Source of the DNA: Deltaproteobacteria bacterium | GTDB lineage: Bacteria > Myxococcota_A > UBA9160 > UBA6930 | Assembly (NCBI GenBank): GCA_002687015.1 | Contig: NYZB01000276.1 | Coordinates: 1 to 58,541 of the forward strand | Direction: 5' to 3' | DNA length: 58,541 nucleotides | Shown: one piece after another, positions 25,263-34,832 of the stretch | Layout of the letters: each line of letters opens with the position of its first letter | Numbering within the stretch: the first letter of the stretch is position 1 | The notes under the pieces: generated by a model | Database searches by the model: none | The model's input: only the letters and a program-made list of their open reading frames with translations | What the model was told of the DNA's origin: nothing | Made by a program: the position numbers and the translations under genes

Positions 25263-27697
25263 TCCGGCGAACCTCCCGCCTCGAGACGGGCGATCTCGGC
25301 CCGTGTCTGGTCGGCCTCCGGGAAGGGCCCGGTTTCCAGGGCGAGGCGCAGCATCTCCAAGGCCTCCTCGGGCTGGCCTCGCTCGGCCAGGATCTGGCCC
25401 AGATGGAAGCGCGCCGTCGCGTAGTCCGGCTTCGCCTTCAGGGCAATGCGGAACTGGAGCTCCGCAGCGGGTAGCTCGCCGCGCTTGGCAGCGACGTAGC
25501 CCAGGGTGTCGTGCATCTCCGCGCGGCCGTCGAGGCGCACGGCCCGCCGGGCCAGCCTCATGGCCCGGTCGAGCGATTCTCCTCCCTCGGCCAGGAGCCA
25601 CGCCAGGTCGTTCGAGGCCCCGGCGTGGTGGGGGAAGCGCTTGACGATCTCGCCAAGGCGGGTCTTTGCGTCGTCCCGGTCGCCGAGGAAGAGGGACATC
25701 TGTGCCCCGACGTAGGCATAGGTGGGCATCTCGGGCTCGGCCTCGGCCGCCTGATCGAAGAGGTCCCGGGCGGGCTCGAGCTCGCCCCGCTTCTGGAGGA
25801 CGTAGGCCTTGCCCGCCAGGGCGTGACCGTTTCCGGGCGAGAGCTCGAGGGACCTCTCGAAGGCTCCCTCCGCCTCGTCGATCCGTCCGGAGCGGAGCAG
25901 CACGCTCGCGCGCGCGACCTGGAGGTCACTCCGGTCGGGCTCCTTGGCAATGAAGCCGTCGACCAGCCCGAGCGCCTCGCCGTGCTTTCCGAGCCTCGCG
26001 TAGAGCTCCAGAAGGTTCCGCAGCGCGAGACCCGAGTCCGGGGAGGAGAGATCGATGTCCATCTCCCCCTTGACCTGCTCGAAGGCAGCGAAGGCGGCCT
26101 CGGGGCCGCTCTGCTTCCCCACGAGATCGACGAGCTCGGCCAACGCCACGGCCGCGAAGCGGCCGTCGTGCTTCCTGGCCAGCTCCGCCAGCGTGATCTT
26201 CAGGTCCATCTCCTCGCCGAGCGCGAGCTGAGAGCGGGCCTGGATGAGATACCCTTCGGGCGTGGTGACGCCCCGTGTCGCGATGTGGAGCCGTGAAAAG
26301 TTGACGGCCTGCCGGTACTCCCCCCGCACGTAGTAGAGCAGGGCCAGGTTGAGAGCGGCGTCCGTGTCCTCCCGGGTCTGCCGAACCACCTCGCGGAGCT
26401 CGTCGATCGCGCGCTGCTCGTCCCCGATCTCGAACGCGGCGTTGGCGGCGAGCTGCCGTACCCCGGGGTTGTCGGGCCATTGGGCCTCGGCCTGTTCGAG
26501 GAACTCGAGCGCCGTTCCGGGCTCACCTCGCTTCAGGGCCAGATGGCCGCGGATGATCGTCGCATAGAGATCCTCCAGCTCCGGGAGCGCGGCGTCGGCT
26601 TCGTCGAGCCGATCCGACATGACCAGCAGGTCGGCGCGAGTGAACTCGTACTCTTCGCGGAGGGGCCCCTCGTCGGCGATCGACAGGGCCGCATCGATCG
26701 CTTCCAGAGCACCCGCCATGTCCTCGGTGCGGCGCCGGATGTCCGCCAAGGTCGCCCACCCGCCGGCGGACGGCGTCTTGTCCACGAAGTCCAGGACGAG
26801 CTGCTCGGCCTCCTCGAGCTCGCCCTCCTGGATCAGGCGATTGGCCAGGATGCGGCGCAGCTCCACTTCTTCCGGGTGGGCTTCGAGCGCCTTGCGAAGA
26901 ATCGTCAGCGCCTCTTCCGGCTTCTCCAGGTCGTCGAAGGCGTTGACGACCTCGGTGGCCACCTTGGGCAGCTCGAGATAGGCCTCCGCGCACGCGTGCA
27001 GGGCCTTGGCGGAGCGTTCCTCGTCCTCCCGCCGCTCCTTGTAGAAGTTGGCGCGCTTCACGCAGATCATCCCGCGTTCGACGAGCTCGCCGTAGCCTTC
27101 GTCGACCAGCTCGTCGTAGAGCGCCTCCGCCTCGTCGATGCGATCGGCACGGGCCAGCGCGTCCGCGCGCACGACGTGGAAGCCCCGAAGCTCGGGGTTC
27201 AACGCGATCAGGCGGTCGGCGCTGTCGAGGGCGATCTCTCCCTTGCCGATGCTGAGAGCCGCGTGGGCTCGGGTCACGAGGGCGTTCTCGTTCTCGGGAT
27301 CCTCGGCCAGCACGAGATCGGTGCGCTCGATGGCGGCCTCGAAGTTCTTCTGCTGGAGCAGCATCGACGAGAGCAGGAGATTCGCCTGACGCCCGAACTC
27401 CTCGCTCTTCGAGCTGACCTCCAGGGGATAGAGCGCCTCTCCGGGACGGCCGAGCTGGAGCAGGGTCAGGCCGAGCAGGTAACGCGCCTCCGCGTCCTCG
27501 GGATTGGCATCGAGGACCTCGCGAAGCAGGGCTTCGGCCTCCTCGTGGGCACCCACCTCCTGCAGGGCCCGGGCCTCTTCGACCGCGTTCTCTCCGCCCT
27601 GGGCACAGCCCAGGGCCACGGCCAGCAGCATGACGAGGAGCCAGGGACGGGCACCCGAAGCGGCCCGCATCGACGTGGAATGGGAAGGCAGATGCAT
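25259..27697 (-). CDS. Large TPR-repeat lipoprotein, 812 aa
   Basis: ATG 27697 with GAGAGG upstream. Lipobox VALGCAQ. Repeated TPR-like motifs. Confidence 0.8.
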   Translation of the reverse strand: MHLPSHSTSMRAASGARPWLLVMLLAVALGCAQGGENAVEEARALQEVGAHEEAEALLREVLDANPEDAEARYLLGLTLLQLGRPGEALYPLEVSSKSEEFGRQANLLLSSMLLQQKNFEAAIERTDLVLAEDPENENALVTRAHAALSIGKGEIALDSADRLIALNPELRGFHVVRADALARADRIDEAEALYDELVDEGYGELVERGMICVKRANFYKERREDEERSAKALHACAEAYLELPKVATEVVNAFDDLEKPEEALTILRKALEAHPEEVELRRILANRLIQEGELEEAEQLVLDFVDKTPSAGGWATLADIRRRTEDMAGALEAIDAALSIADEGPLREEYEFTRADLLVMSDRLDEADAALPELEDLYATIIRGHLALKRGEPGTALEFLEQAEAQWPDNPGVRQLAANAAFEIGDEQRAIDELREVVRQTREDTDAALNLALLYYVRGEYRQAVNFSRLHIATRGVTTPEGYLIQARSQLALGEEMDLKITLAELARKHDGRFAAVALAELVDLVGKQSGPEAAFAAFEQVKGEMDIDLSSPDSGLALRNLLELYARLGKHGEALGLVDGFIAKEPDRSDLQVARASVLLRSGRIDEAEGAFERSLELSPGNGHALAGKAYVLQKRGELEPARDLFDQAAEAEPEMPTYAYVGAQMSLFLGDRDDAKTRLGEIVKRFPHHAGASNDLAWLLAEGGESLDRAMRLARRAVRLDGRAEMHDTLGYVAAKRGELPAAELQFRIALKAKPDYATARFHLGQILAERGQPEEALEMLRLALETGPFPEADQTRAEIARLEAGGSPE

Positions 27698-27986
27698 CGA
27701 AACCTCTCTGTCGCGGTGGGCTCTCTTCGTCCGACCCACGTCTTTCCTTGCGGCATCCGCCGCAGGCCGGAGACCCGGCAGGTCGGGCGGCGGCGTTGCC
27801 ACCGATGCCGACCCGGGCCCGATTCAGGCGAACCCGTAACTATACCGGAGGGAGCGGGCCCCTCAATGTAGAGCGTTGGTTCCCGTAAGGGCCGCCCGGG
27901 TGACGACCGAAAAGCTGGGTCACCTGCCCGGCGCGAGGGGAACTCACAACACGCGACTGGTGAGCCACGAGTGCCGCGTCGTCGTG

Positions 27987-27992
27987 TATAAT
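27987..27992 (+). promoter_or_regulatory. Consensus TATAAT -10 element in the 328-bp divergent region between the TPR operon and the sulfatase-like operon
   Basis: A perfect TATAAT is rare in this GC-rich DNA. It lies 34 nt upstream of the proposed TTG start at 28026. There is no convincing -35 element. Confidence 0.3.
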
Positions 27993-28025
27993 CCCCGGTT
28001 CTCTCAATCCTGGCTGGAGAAATCC

Positions 28026-29423
28026 TTGTCTGGTCGCATCTATGATTCTCCCCGCTTTTTCTATGCCTTGGCGGCGCTCCTGCTGATTGCTGGTGCCCTG
28101 AGCCAGCTCCGGATCTCGATTCCGACCCGGCCCATCGGCAGTGTGGACGAGATCGCTGCGCTGAAGGATCGGGAGGACCTCAACGTCATCTTCGTCTTGA
28201 TCGACACCCTGCGCGCCGATCGGCTCGGATCCTACGGCTACGAGCGCGACACCACTCCCTTGATCGATGAGCTCGGCCGGAGCGGCATCCGCTTCGCCGA
28301 GACCCATGCCCAGTCCAGCTGGACGAAGACCTCGATGGCCTCGCTCTGGACGGGCCTCTTCCCGCCGCGGACGGGCGTCCTCCGCTACGACGACGCCGTC
28401 CCGCCGAAGGCGACGATGCCGGCGGAGATCTTCAGGGAGGCGGGCTACGCCACGGCCGGGATCTTCCGGAACGGCTGGGTGGGCGCCAACTTCGGCTTCA
28501 ACCAGGGCTTCGAGACCTACGTGAAGCCCCAGAAGCGGGAGGTCAAGGAGGGCTTCGAGAAGCACGTCCCCGGCGCCGCCACCGTGCCGGGCACGGATTC
28601 GGAAGTGACCCTGGCCGCCCTCGAGTTCGTGCGGAACAACGCGCACCAGAAGTTCCTTCTCTACCTGCACTACATGGACGCGCACCAGTACGCCTACGAG
28701 GCGGAGTTCGCCCAGCTCGACTACGGATCGACGATCTCGGACAGCTACGACCGGGCGATACGCTGGACCGACGCCAACATCGATCAGCTGGTCGCCGAGC
28801 TCGAAGACCTGGACCTGATGAAGAAGACGATCCTCGTGATCGCCTCCGACCACGGTGAGGCCTTCCGGGAGCACGGCATCGAGGGGCACGCCCAGGACCT
28901 GCACATCGAGGCGCTCCGGGTCCCGCTGATCATCAACCTGCCCTTCCGGATCGATGGAGGGCTGACCGTGGAGCCAGTGACCCGCAACGTCGACATCTGG
29001 CCCACGATCCTCGACATGGTCGGACTGCCGCCTCTTCCGAGCACCGACGGCATCTCCCTGATCCCGATGATCCAGGCCGCAGCCGAAGGCTCCAGCACGG
29101 AGGAGCTCGAGTCCTTCGCATTCCTCGACCTGGGCTGGGGGCAGCGCAACTCGGACTTCCAGCCCTTGGCCGCGCTGCAGCACGAGGGGCGAAAGGTCAT
29201 GGTCGAGCTGGCGGAGCCCGAAGAGACCTTGATGGCCTTCGACGTGGATGCCGATCCGGGTGAGCGGAAGAACCTCAAGGGCGGCAGGCCCGACTGGATC
29301 GAGCCTCTGCAGGCGAAGATGGCAGAGCACTCGGAGGCCGAAACGGCCATCGGCAGCCTCCAGATCGAGCTCGACGAGATGTACCGGGCCCAGCTCGAGG
29401 CTCTTGGCTACGTCGTGAAGTAG
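28026..29423 (+). CDS. Sulfatase-like alkaline-phosphatase-superfamily enzyme (Thr at the nucleophile position), membrane anchored
   Basis: TTG 28026 with GGAGA 5 nt upstream. N-terminal TM FFYALAALLLIAGAL. VLIDTLRADRLGSYGY metal-site motif, SDHGE, and HAQSSWTKTSMASLWTG in place of the C/S-x-P-x-R sulfatase signature. Start uncertain. Confidence 0.75.
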   Translation: MSGRIYDSPRFFYALAALLLIAGALSQLRISIPTRPIGSVDEIAALKDREDLNVIFVLIDTLRADRLGSYGYERDTTPLIDELGRSGIRFAETHAQSSWTKTSMASLWTGLFPPRTGVLRYDDAVPPKATMPAEIFREAGYATAGIFRNGWVGANFGFNQGFETYVKPQKREVKEGFEKHVPGAATVPGTDSEVTLAALEFVRNNAHQKFLLYLHYMDAHQYAYEAEFAQLDYGSTISDSYDRAIRWTDANIDQLVAELEDLDLMKKTILVIASDHGEAFREHGIEGHAQDLHIEALRVPLIINLPFRIDGGLTVEPVTRNVDIWPTILDMVGLPPLPSTDGISLIPMIQAAAEGSSTEELESFAFLDLGWGQRNSDFQPLAALQHEGRKVMVELAEPEETLMAFDVDADPGERKNLKGGRPDWIEPLQAKMAEHSEAETAIGSLQIELDEMYRAQLEALGYVVK

Positions 29424-29424
29424 G

Positions 29425-31977
29425 GTGGCAAGCCGCCCGGTGTCTGCCCTTCCCTTCTTCGTCCTGGCCTTCTTGTCGGGAACGGCGGCCCTCACCTACG
29501 AAGTCGTCTGGGCGAAGACCTTTGCGCTCACCTTCGGCAGCTCCACCCTCGCGGCCAGCGCTTCGGTGGCGGGCTTCATGGGCGGGATGGGCCTCGGGGC
29601 CCATCTCTACCCCCGCCTGGTCGAAGAGCGGGTCCACCCCCTGCGCGCCTACGCGGCCCTCGAGTTCGGCATCGCGGCCACCGCGGCGCTCTTCTCCGCC
29701 GGCTTCCAGTGGCTTCCGGGCTTGTTCGCCGCCGCGGCAGACTGGCTTCCGGGCGGAGTCTCCCTCGATGTCTTCCGGGTCCTCTCGGCGATGTCGCTGC
29801 TGATCGTTCCCGCGAGCCTGATGGGCGCGACCTTTCCGGCCCTCTGTCTCGTCATGCTCCGGACGCGCAGCGACGTCGACCAGCACCTCGGCTGGATCTA
29901 TGGATGGAACACCCTGGGCGCGGCCGCGGGGGCACTGGCGGCCGGCTTCGTCTTCATCGAGGTCCTGGGCCTGCGGGGCAGCGTGGCCCTGGCCTGTGCG
30001 ATCAACCTGCTGGTGGGCCTGGCAGCGCTCCTCCTGTTCCGCATCCGCGAAGAGGGCCGCAGGCCGGCTCCGGACTCGACGGAAGGGATCCCGACCCGGC
30101 TCCCCGCCGGCACCACGGGCCTCGTCCTCTTCGCGGCGGGCTTCGCCACCCTCGCCTACGAGATCCTCTGGTTCCGTGCGCTCCGCTACCTGGTGGGCAA
30201 CAGCACCTACGCCCTGAGCCTCATCTTCGTGATCTTCCTCCTCGGACTGGGCGTCGGAGGGTTGATCTACCGACCACTGCTGCGACGGGTCTCGGCCGAA
30301 GCGCTGCTCGGCGTCTCGCAGCTCGGGATCGCGGTCCTCGCACTCGGCGCGATCTTCGCCGAGATCTTCATCCTGGGTGACTACGCTCTCTCCGAGCAGC
30401 TCTCGGTGTTCTCGCCGCTCGTGCAGGCCCAGCCCTGGTGGAAGCGGCTCCTGCTCTCCTCGGAGATCGCCCTCTGCATCATGCTGCCGGCCACCCTCCT
30501 GATGGGGCTGGCCTTCCCGCTCGCGAGCCGGCTCTTCCTGGGCAGCCTCGAGCGGCTGGGTCGGCGAGTCGGCTTCGCCACCCTGCTCTCGAACCTGGGC
30601 AGCATCGTCGGCTCGATCGGAGCGGCCGTCGTGATCCTGCCGCTCCTCGGCACGGTCACCGGAACGACCGCCGTGGCCTTCGTGAATCTCGGGCTCGGCA
30701 TCCTGATCCTCCGCCACAGCCAGTCGCCGCCGTGGTGGAAGCGAGCCGCGGCCGCTGCGGCCCTCGTGCTCTGCGCGGGCGCCCTGTTCCTGCCCACGCG
30801 GATGCCCTTCCGCGGCGAGCGGGCTGCGGAGCGGGTCGCCACCGAGCTCGTCTTCGAGCAGGAAGACGATCTCGGGACGGTCCAGGTCCGCGCCGCCAGG
30901 AGGAACCCGGAGAACAGGGTCATGCTGATCGATGGGTCGATGATTGCGGCCAGCCGGGGCTTCCTCGAGCCCTTCGACCGCAAGCAGACCCTGCTCGCCC
31001 ACCTGCCCCTGGCGATCGACGGCTCGCTGCGCCGGACCCTGAACGTCGGACTCGCTTCCGGCTCGACCCTGGAAGCGATCGCGGGCCACCCCGAGCTCGT
31101 GACCCTCGACACCGTCGAGATCAACCCCGCGGTCGCGAAGGGCGCGGCCTTCTTCTCCGAGTCGCAGGCCCTCGGCGATCCGCGGGCCCGCCTGTTCGTC
31201 GAGGACGCGGTGCACCACCTCCTGCGCTCCCCCGAGGGCTACGACCTGGTCATCAGCGACGGAAAGCAGAACAAGGACTACTCGGGCAACTCGAAGGTCC
31301 TCTCCTGGGAGTTCTTCGACTACGCCCGCCGCAGCCTCTCCGGCTGTGGGCTCTTCGTGCACTGGATTCCGGGCAACCTCGACGGCGAGAGCTTCGAGAT
31401 CGTGGTCCGCACCCTCCTCGACGTCTTCCCGGAGGTCGAGATCTTCGTCGACGGCGCGGAATCCGTCCTGATGGTCGGCTCGGACTGCCCGATCGGCGGC
31501 CGGCGCGGCATGTCACAGAGCTCCTTCGTCGCCAGCGGCGGTGCGGAGCAGCTCGGTGAGTTCGGCCTCGGGCAGGTCGAGACCCTGAAGGCCCTCTGGG
31601 TCGCTGGACGACCCGGGCTCGAGGCCATCCTCGAGCCCGGTCCGCTGAACGACTGGAACCACATGCCCCTCGAGTACAGGAACTACCGGGCGCCGGGTGG
31701 CAAGCAGAAGGACGCCCGGCGAAACCTCGAGTGGCTCGTGGAAGCGGGCGGGGCCGGCCCCACGCCCCAGTGGGTTCGCCGCCTCGGCCCCGACGTCGAG
31801 ATCGCCCGCATCGTGCGCGAGGCCCTGCTCCTGCGGATGGCCGGAGAGGACTCGAGGGCACGGGGCCTGCTTCGGGAAGCCGTGGCCGACCACCCCGACA
31901 GCCTGCTCTTGCGCCGCGAGAATGCCAAGAAGAAGTCCATCGGAGCCAAGAAGAAGCTCCTCCGAGATCCGTCGTGA
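29425..31977 (+). CDS. Fused polytopic-membrane (MFS-like) / spermidine-synthase-like protein, paralog 1
   Basis: GTG 29425, 1 nt after the upstream stop. N-terminal about 450 aa of TM helices beginning FFVLAFLSGTAALTYEVVW. C-terminal class I methyltransferase/spermidine-synthase-like fold (NVGLASGSTLEAI...DLVISDG). Confidence 0.75.
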   Translation: MASRPVSALPFFVLAFLSGTAALTYEVVWAKTFALTFGSSTLAASASVAGFMGGMGLGAHLYPRLVEERVHPLRAYAALEFGIAATAALFSAGFQWLPGLFAAAADWLPGGVSLDVFRVLSAMSLLIVPASLMGATFPALCLVMLRTRSDVDQHLGWIYGWNTLGAAAGALAAGFVFIEVLGLRGSVALACAINLLVGLAALLLFRIREEGRRPAPDSTEGIPTRLPAGTTGLVLFAAGFATLAYEILWFRALRYLVGNSTYALSLIFVIFLLGLGVGGLIYRPLLRRVSAEALLGVSQLGIAVLALGAIFAEIFILGDYALSEQLSVFSPLVQAQPWWKRLLLSSEIALCIMLPATLLMGLAFPLASRLFLGSLERLGRRVGFATLLSNLGSIVGSIGAAVVILPLLGTVTGTTAVAFVNLGLGILILRHSQSPPWWKRAAAAAALVLCAGALFLPTRMPFRGERAAERVATELVFEQEDDLGTVQVRAARRNPENRVMLIDGSMIAASRGFLEPFDRKQTLLAHLPLAIDGSLRRTLNVGLASGSTLEAIAGHPELVTLDTVEINPAVAKGAAFFSESQALGDPRARLFVEDAVHHLLRSPEGYDLVISDGKQNKDYSGNSKVLSWEFFDYARRSLSGCGLFVHWIPGNLDGESFEIVVRTLLDVFPEVEIFVDGAESVLMVGSDCPIGGRRGMSQSSFVASGGAEQLGEFGLGQVETLKALWVAGRPGLEAILEPGPLNDWNHMPLEYRNYRAPGGKQKDARRNLEWLVEAGGAGPTPQWVRRLGPDVEIARIVREALLLRMAGEDSRARGLLREAVADHPDSLLLRRENAKKKSIGAKKKLLRDPS

Positions 31978-34799
31978 TTCGCGGCATCGCACTCCTCCTG
32001 ACCTTCTTCACGGGCTCGAGCGGCCTCGTCTACGAGGTCGCCTGGCAGAAGGTGCTGGCCGCGCTGCTCGGCTCGCACAGCGAAGCGACGGCGGCCGTCC
32101 TGGCGATCTACCTGGGCGGACTCGCTGCGGGCTACGCGCTCTTCGGCCGGGTCACGGCGCGCTCGGGGCGCCTCTCGCTCTTGCGCCTCTACGGAATCGT
32201 CGAGTTCGGCATCGGTGTCTGGGCCCTCCTCTTCCCGTGGTTCTTCACGGCGGCGCAGGGGCTCTCGGTGGCCATGGCGCCTGCCAACGAAGCCCTGGGC
32301 TTCGGGTTCGACGTCCTCCTCGCGACCTTCCTGATCGGCCCGCCCACGGTGTTGATGGGCGGCACCATCCCCGTCCTGACCCAGGCGCTCGCCCGGGACA
32401 CGAGCGACGCGACCCGGGTCCACGCCTGGATCTACTCCACCAACACGGCGGGGGCCTTCCTCGGCGCGCTGGCGGGTGGGTTCTTCCTGGTGCCGTGGCT
32501 GGGTCTGGACGGAGTGGTCCGGACGATGGCCATCGTGAACCTGGGCGCTGGGGTCGTCTTCGTCCTGTCCGGCGGCGCCGGCCGTGCGGCCGCCCCCGCG
32601 GCGGAAACGCCGGGGAGCCGGCAGCCGGAGAGCTTCGCCGGCTACGCCGTGGTCGCGGTTCTGGCCGGGTTCTCGATGATGACGGTGCAGACGGTGCTCA
32701 ACCGGATCGGCGCGCTCTCGCTCGGCGCCTCCCACTTCACCTTCTCCATGGTCGTGGCGGTCTTCGTCCTCTGCATTGCGCTCGGTAGCTTCGCGGTCTC
32801 TGCACTCCGGACGATCCCGGCATGGCTCATCGTCGGCCTGCAGTGGCTGTTGGCGGCCATCATGGTGGGCCTCTACTTCGTCCTGCCGGATACGACCTAT
32901 TGGGCCCATGTCATCCGCAGCCTCTTCCGCGACGAAGCGGCGGCCTTCTTCCCCTACTACGGCGCGGTCTTCACGGCGATGCTCGCCGTGCTCTTCGTCC
33001 CCATCGGGATCTCCGGCGCCCTGCTGCCCCTTCTCTTCCACCACCTGCGCGATCGGATGGGCGAGCTCGGCAGCGTCGCCGGCAAGCTCTACAGCTGGAA
33101 CACCGTGGGCTCCTTGCTGGGCGCGCTGCTCGGTGGCTACGCGCTGCTCTTCTTCATCGACCTCGACCAGGTCTACGCGCTCGCCGTGGGCGGGCTGTTC
33201 TTCGTGGCGCTCGGCGTCACGATCCTGGTGGGACGCATGCCGCTCGCTCTGGGAGCGATCGGCGCCGTCGTGGTCCTCTTCCTCGGCACCCAGCTTCCGG
33301 AGTGGGACTCGAATCGTCTGGCCGCCGGGACCTTCCGCCAACGCCACCCCACCCCGAATTCCTACAGCGGGCCCAAGGCCTTCTACCGACAGGGTCGACT
33401 CAACCACGTGTTCCACACCGACGACCCGATCGCCTCGGTCACGGTCGTCCGGAACACCCAGAAGGGCAAGCCCAACCACGCCATCATGACGAACGGCAAG
33501 GCCGACGGCAGCCTTGGCCCCGACTACCCGACCATGGCGATCACGGGCCTGCTCCCGGCTCTCTTTACGGACGACCCGTCCCGCTCCTTCGTGATCGGCT
33601 GGGGCACGGGAGTGACGATCGGCGAGCTCGCCGCCCTCGAAGGCACCCGTGAGGTCCTCGTCGCCGAGATCTCGCCGGGCGTCCTCGAGGCTGCACCGCT
33701 CTTCGACTACGGAAACCTGGCGGCCTCGAAGAACCCGAAGGTCGAGATCCTTCGAAGTGATGCGTACCGCGCGCTGCTCCGGAGCGAAGGCCAGTTCGGA
33801 GTCATTGCCTCGGAGCCGAGCAACCCCTGGGTCGCGGGGGTGGAGATGCTCTTCAGCCGGGACTTCCTCGAAGCGGCGCGCTCCCGGCTGACGCCGGGCG
33901 GCATCTACGCCCAGTGGTTCCACCTCTACGAGACGGATCGCGAGACGGTCGAGATGGTGCTCCGCACCTACGCCGAGGTCTTCGATTCCGTCTCGATCTG
34001 GTACACCTTCGGCCCCGATCTGATCCTGCTCGGGCACAACGCGCCGGATGACTCGCTCGACCTCGAGCGCCTTCGGAAGGGGTTCGAGCAACGCGACTTC
34101 CGCGCGGGCTTCGCGCGGGCCCGCATCGGGAGCTTTCCGACCTTCCTCTCCCACGAGCTCATACCGCTGGGCACGCCGGAGGCCGCAGGGCTGAAGGGGC
34201 CGATCCACACGTTGCGGCACCCGCGGCTGAGCCACCTGGCCGCGAGTGCCTTCTTCCACAGCAGGCGGGCAGAGGTCCCGAGCTTGCCGCAGCTCCCGAG
34301 CGCTCGGGTCGGTGCCCGGAACTCGCTCCTCCGCAGGGCCGGGCCCCTGGACGAGGCGACGCTCGGCGAGATCGTCCGCCACACCTGCGAGATGCAGCGA
34401 CTCCGGGAGTGCGCCACGTGGCTCGCGCGAATGATCGCCTCGTTCCCCGACAGCGAGCAGACCGCAGAGCTGAGGCGGAGGCGAGAGGCCCGTCTCACCG
34501 AGTTCCTGAAGCTCGAGCCGGGAGCCCTCGACTCCCTCGCGGGCTTCTACGAGGGGAAGGTCCCGAGCCTGAGCGGGAGCGGATTTTCGGATGCGCTCCA
34601 GGCCACGAAGCTCTTCGAGCGCTTCTACCTGCACGCTGCGCCCTTCCCGCGGCGGGTGCTGTCGGGCGCGTGGCGCAACTGCCGCGAGGTGGGCGTCTCG
34701 CTCCGCTGCTACGAAGCGCGCCGCAAGGCCGGCGAGCGACTCGGCGACCTGACGGCCCAGGTCGATCTCGGATCGACCCCTGGAGCACCGCTGCGGTAG
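31974..34799 (+). CDS. Fused polytopic-membrane (MFS-like) / spermidine-synthase-like protein, paralog 2
   Basis: GTG 31974 in a GTGA overlap with the upstream stop. LLLTFFTGSSGLVYEVAW opening parallel to paralog 1. VIGWGTGVTIGEL...GVIASEPSNPW spermidine-synthase-like core. Extra C-terminal helical domain. Confidence 0.75.
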   Translation: MIRGIALLLTFFTGSSGLVYEVAWQKVLAALLGSHSEATAAVLAIYLGGLAAGYALFGRVTARSGRLSLLRLYGIVEFGIGVWALLFPWFFTAAQGLSVAMAPANEALGFGFDVLLATFLIGPPTVLMGGTIPVLTQALARDTSDATRVHAWIYSTNTAGAFLGALAGGFFLVPWLGLDGVVRTMAIVNLGAGVVFVLSGGAGRAAAPAAETPGSRQPESFAGYAVVAVLAGFSMMTVQTVLNRIGALSLGASHFTFSMVVAVFVLCIALGSFAVSALRTIPAWLIVGLQWLLAAIMVGLYFVLPDTTYWAHVIRSLFRDEAAAFFPYYGAVFTAMLAVLFVPIGISGALLPLLFHHLRDRMGELGSVAGKLYSWNTVGSLLGALLGGYALLFFIDLDQVYALAVGGLFFVALGVTILVGRMPLALGAIGAVVVLFLGTQLPEWDSNRLAAGTFRQRHPTPNSYSGPKAFYRQGRLNHVFHTDDPIASVTVVRNTQKGKPNHAIMTNGKADGSLGPDYPTMAITGLLPALFTDDPSRSFVIGWGTGVTIGELAALEGTREVLVAEISPGVLEAAPLFDYGNLAASKNPKVEILRSDAYRALLRSEGQFGVIASEPSNPWVAGVEMLFSRDFLEAARSRLTPGGIYAQWFHLYETDRETVEMVLRTYAEVFDSVSIWYTFGPDLILLGHNAPDDSLDLERLRKGFEQRDFRAGFARARIGSFPTFLSHELIPLGTPEAAGLKGPIHTLRHPRLSHLAASAFFHSRRAEVPSLPQLPSARVGARNSLLRRAGPLDEATLGEIVRHTCEMQRLRECATWLARMIASFPDSEQTAELRRRREARLTEFLKLEPGALDSLAGFYEGKVPSLSGSGFSDALQATKLFERFYLHAAPFPRRVLSGAWRNCREVGVSLRCYEARRKAGERLGDLTAQVDLGSTPGAPLR

Positions 34800-34832
34800 G
34801 ACCAGATGCCACCGGCCATGGCGGGCGCGCCT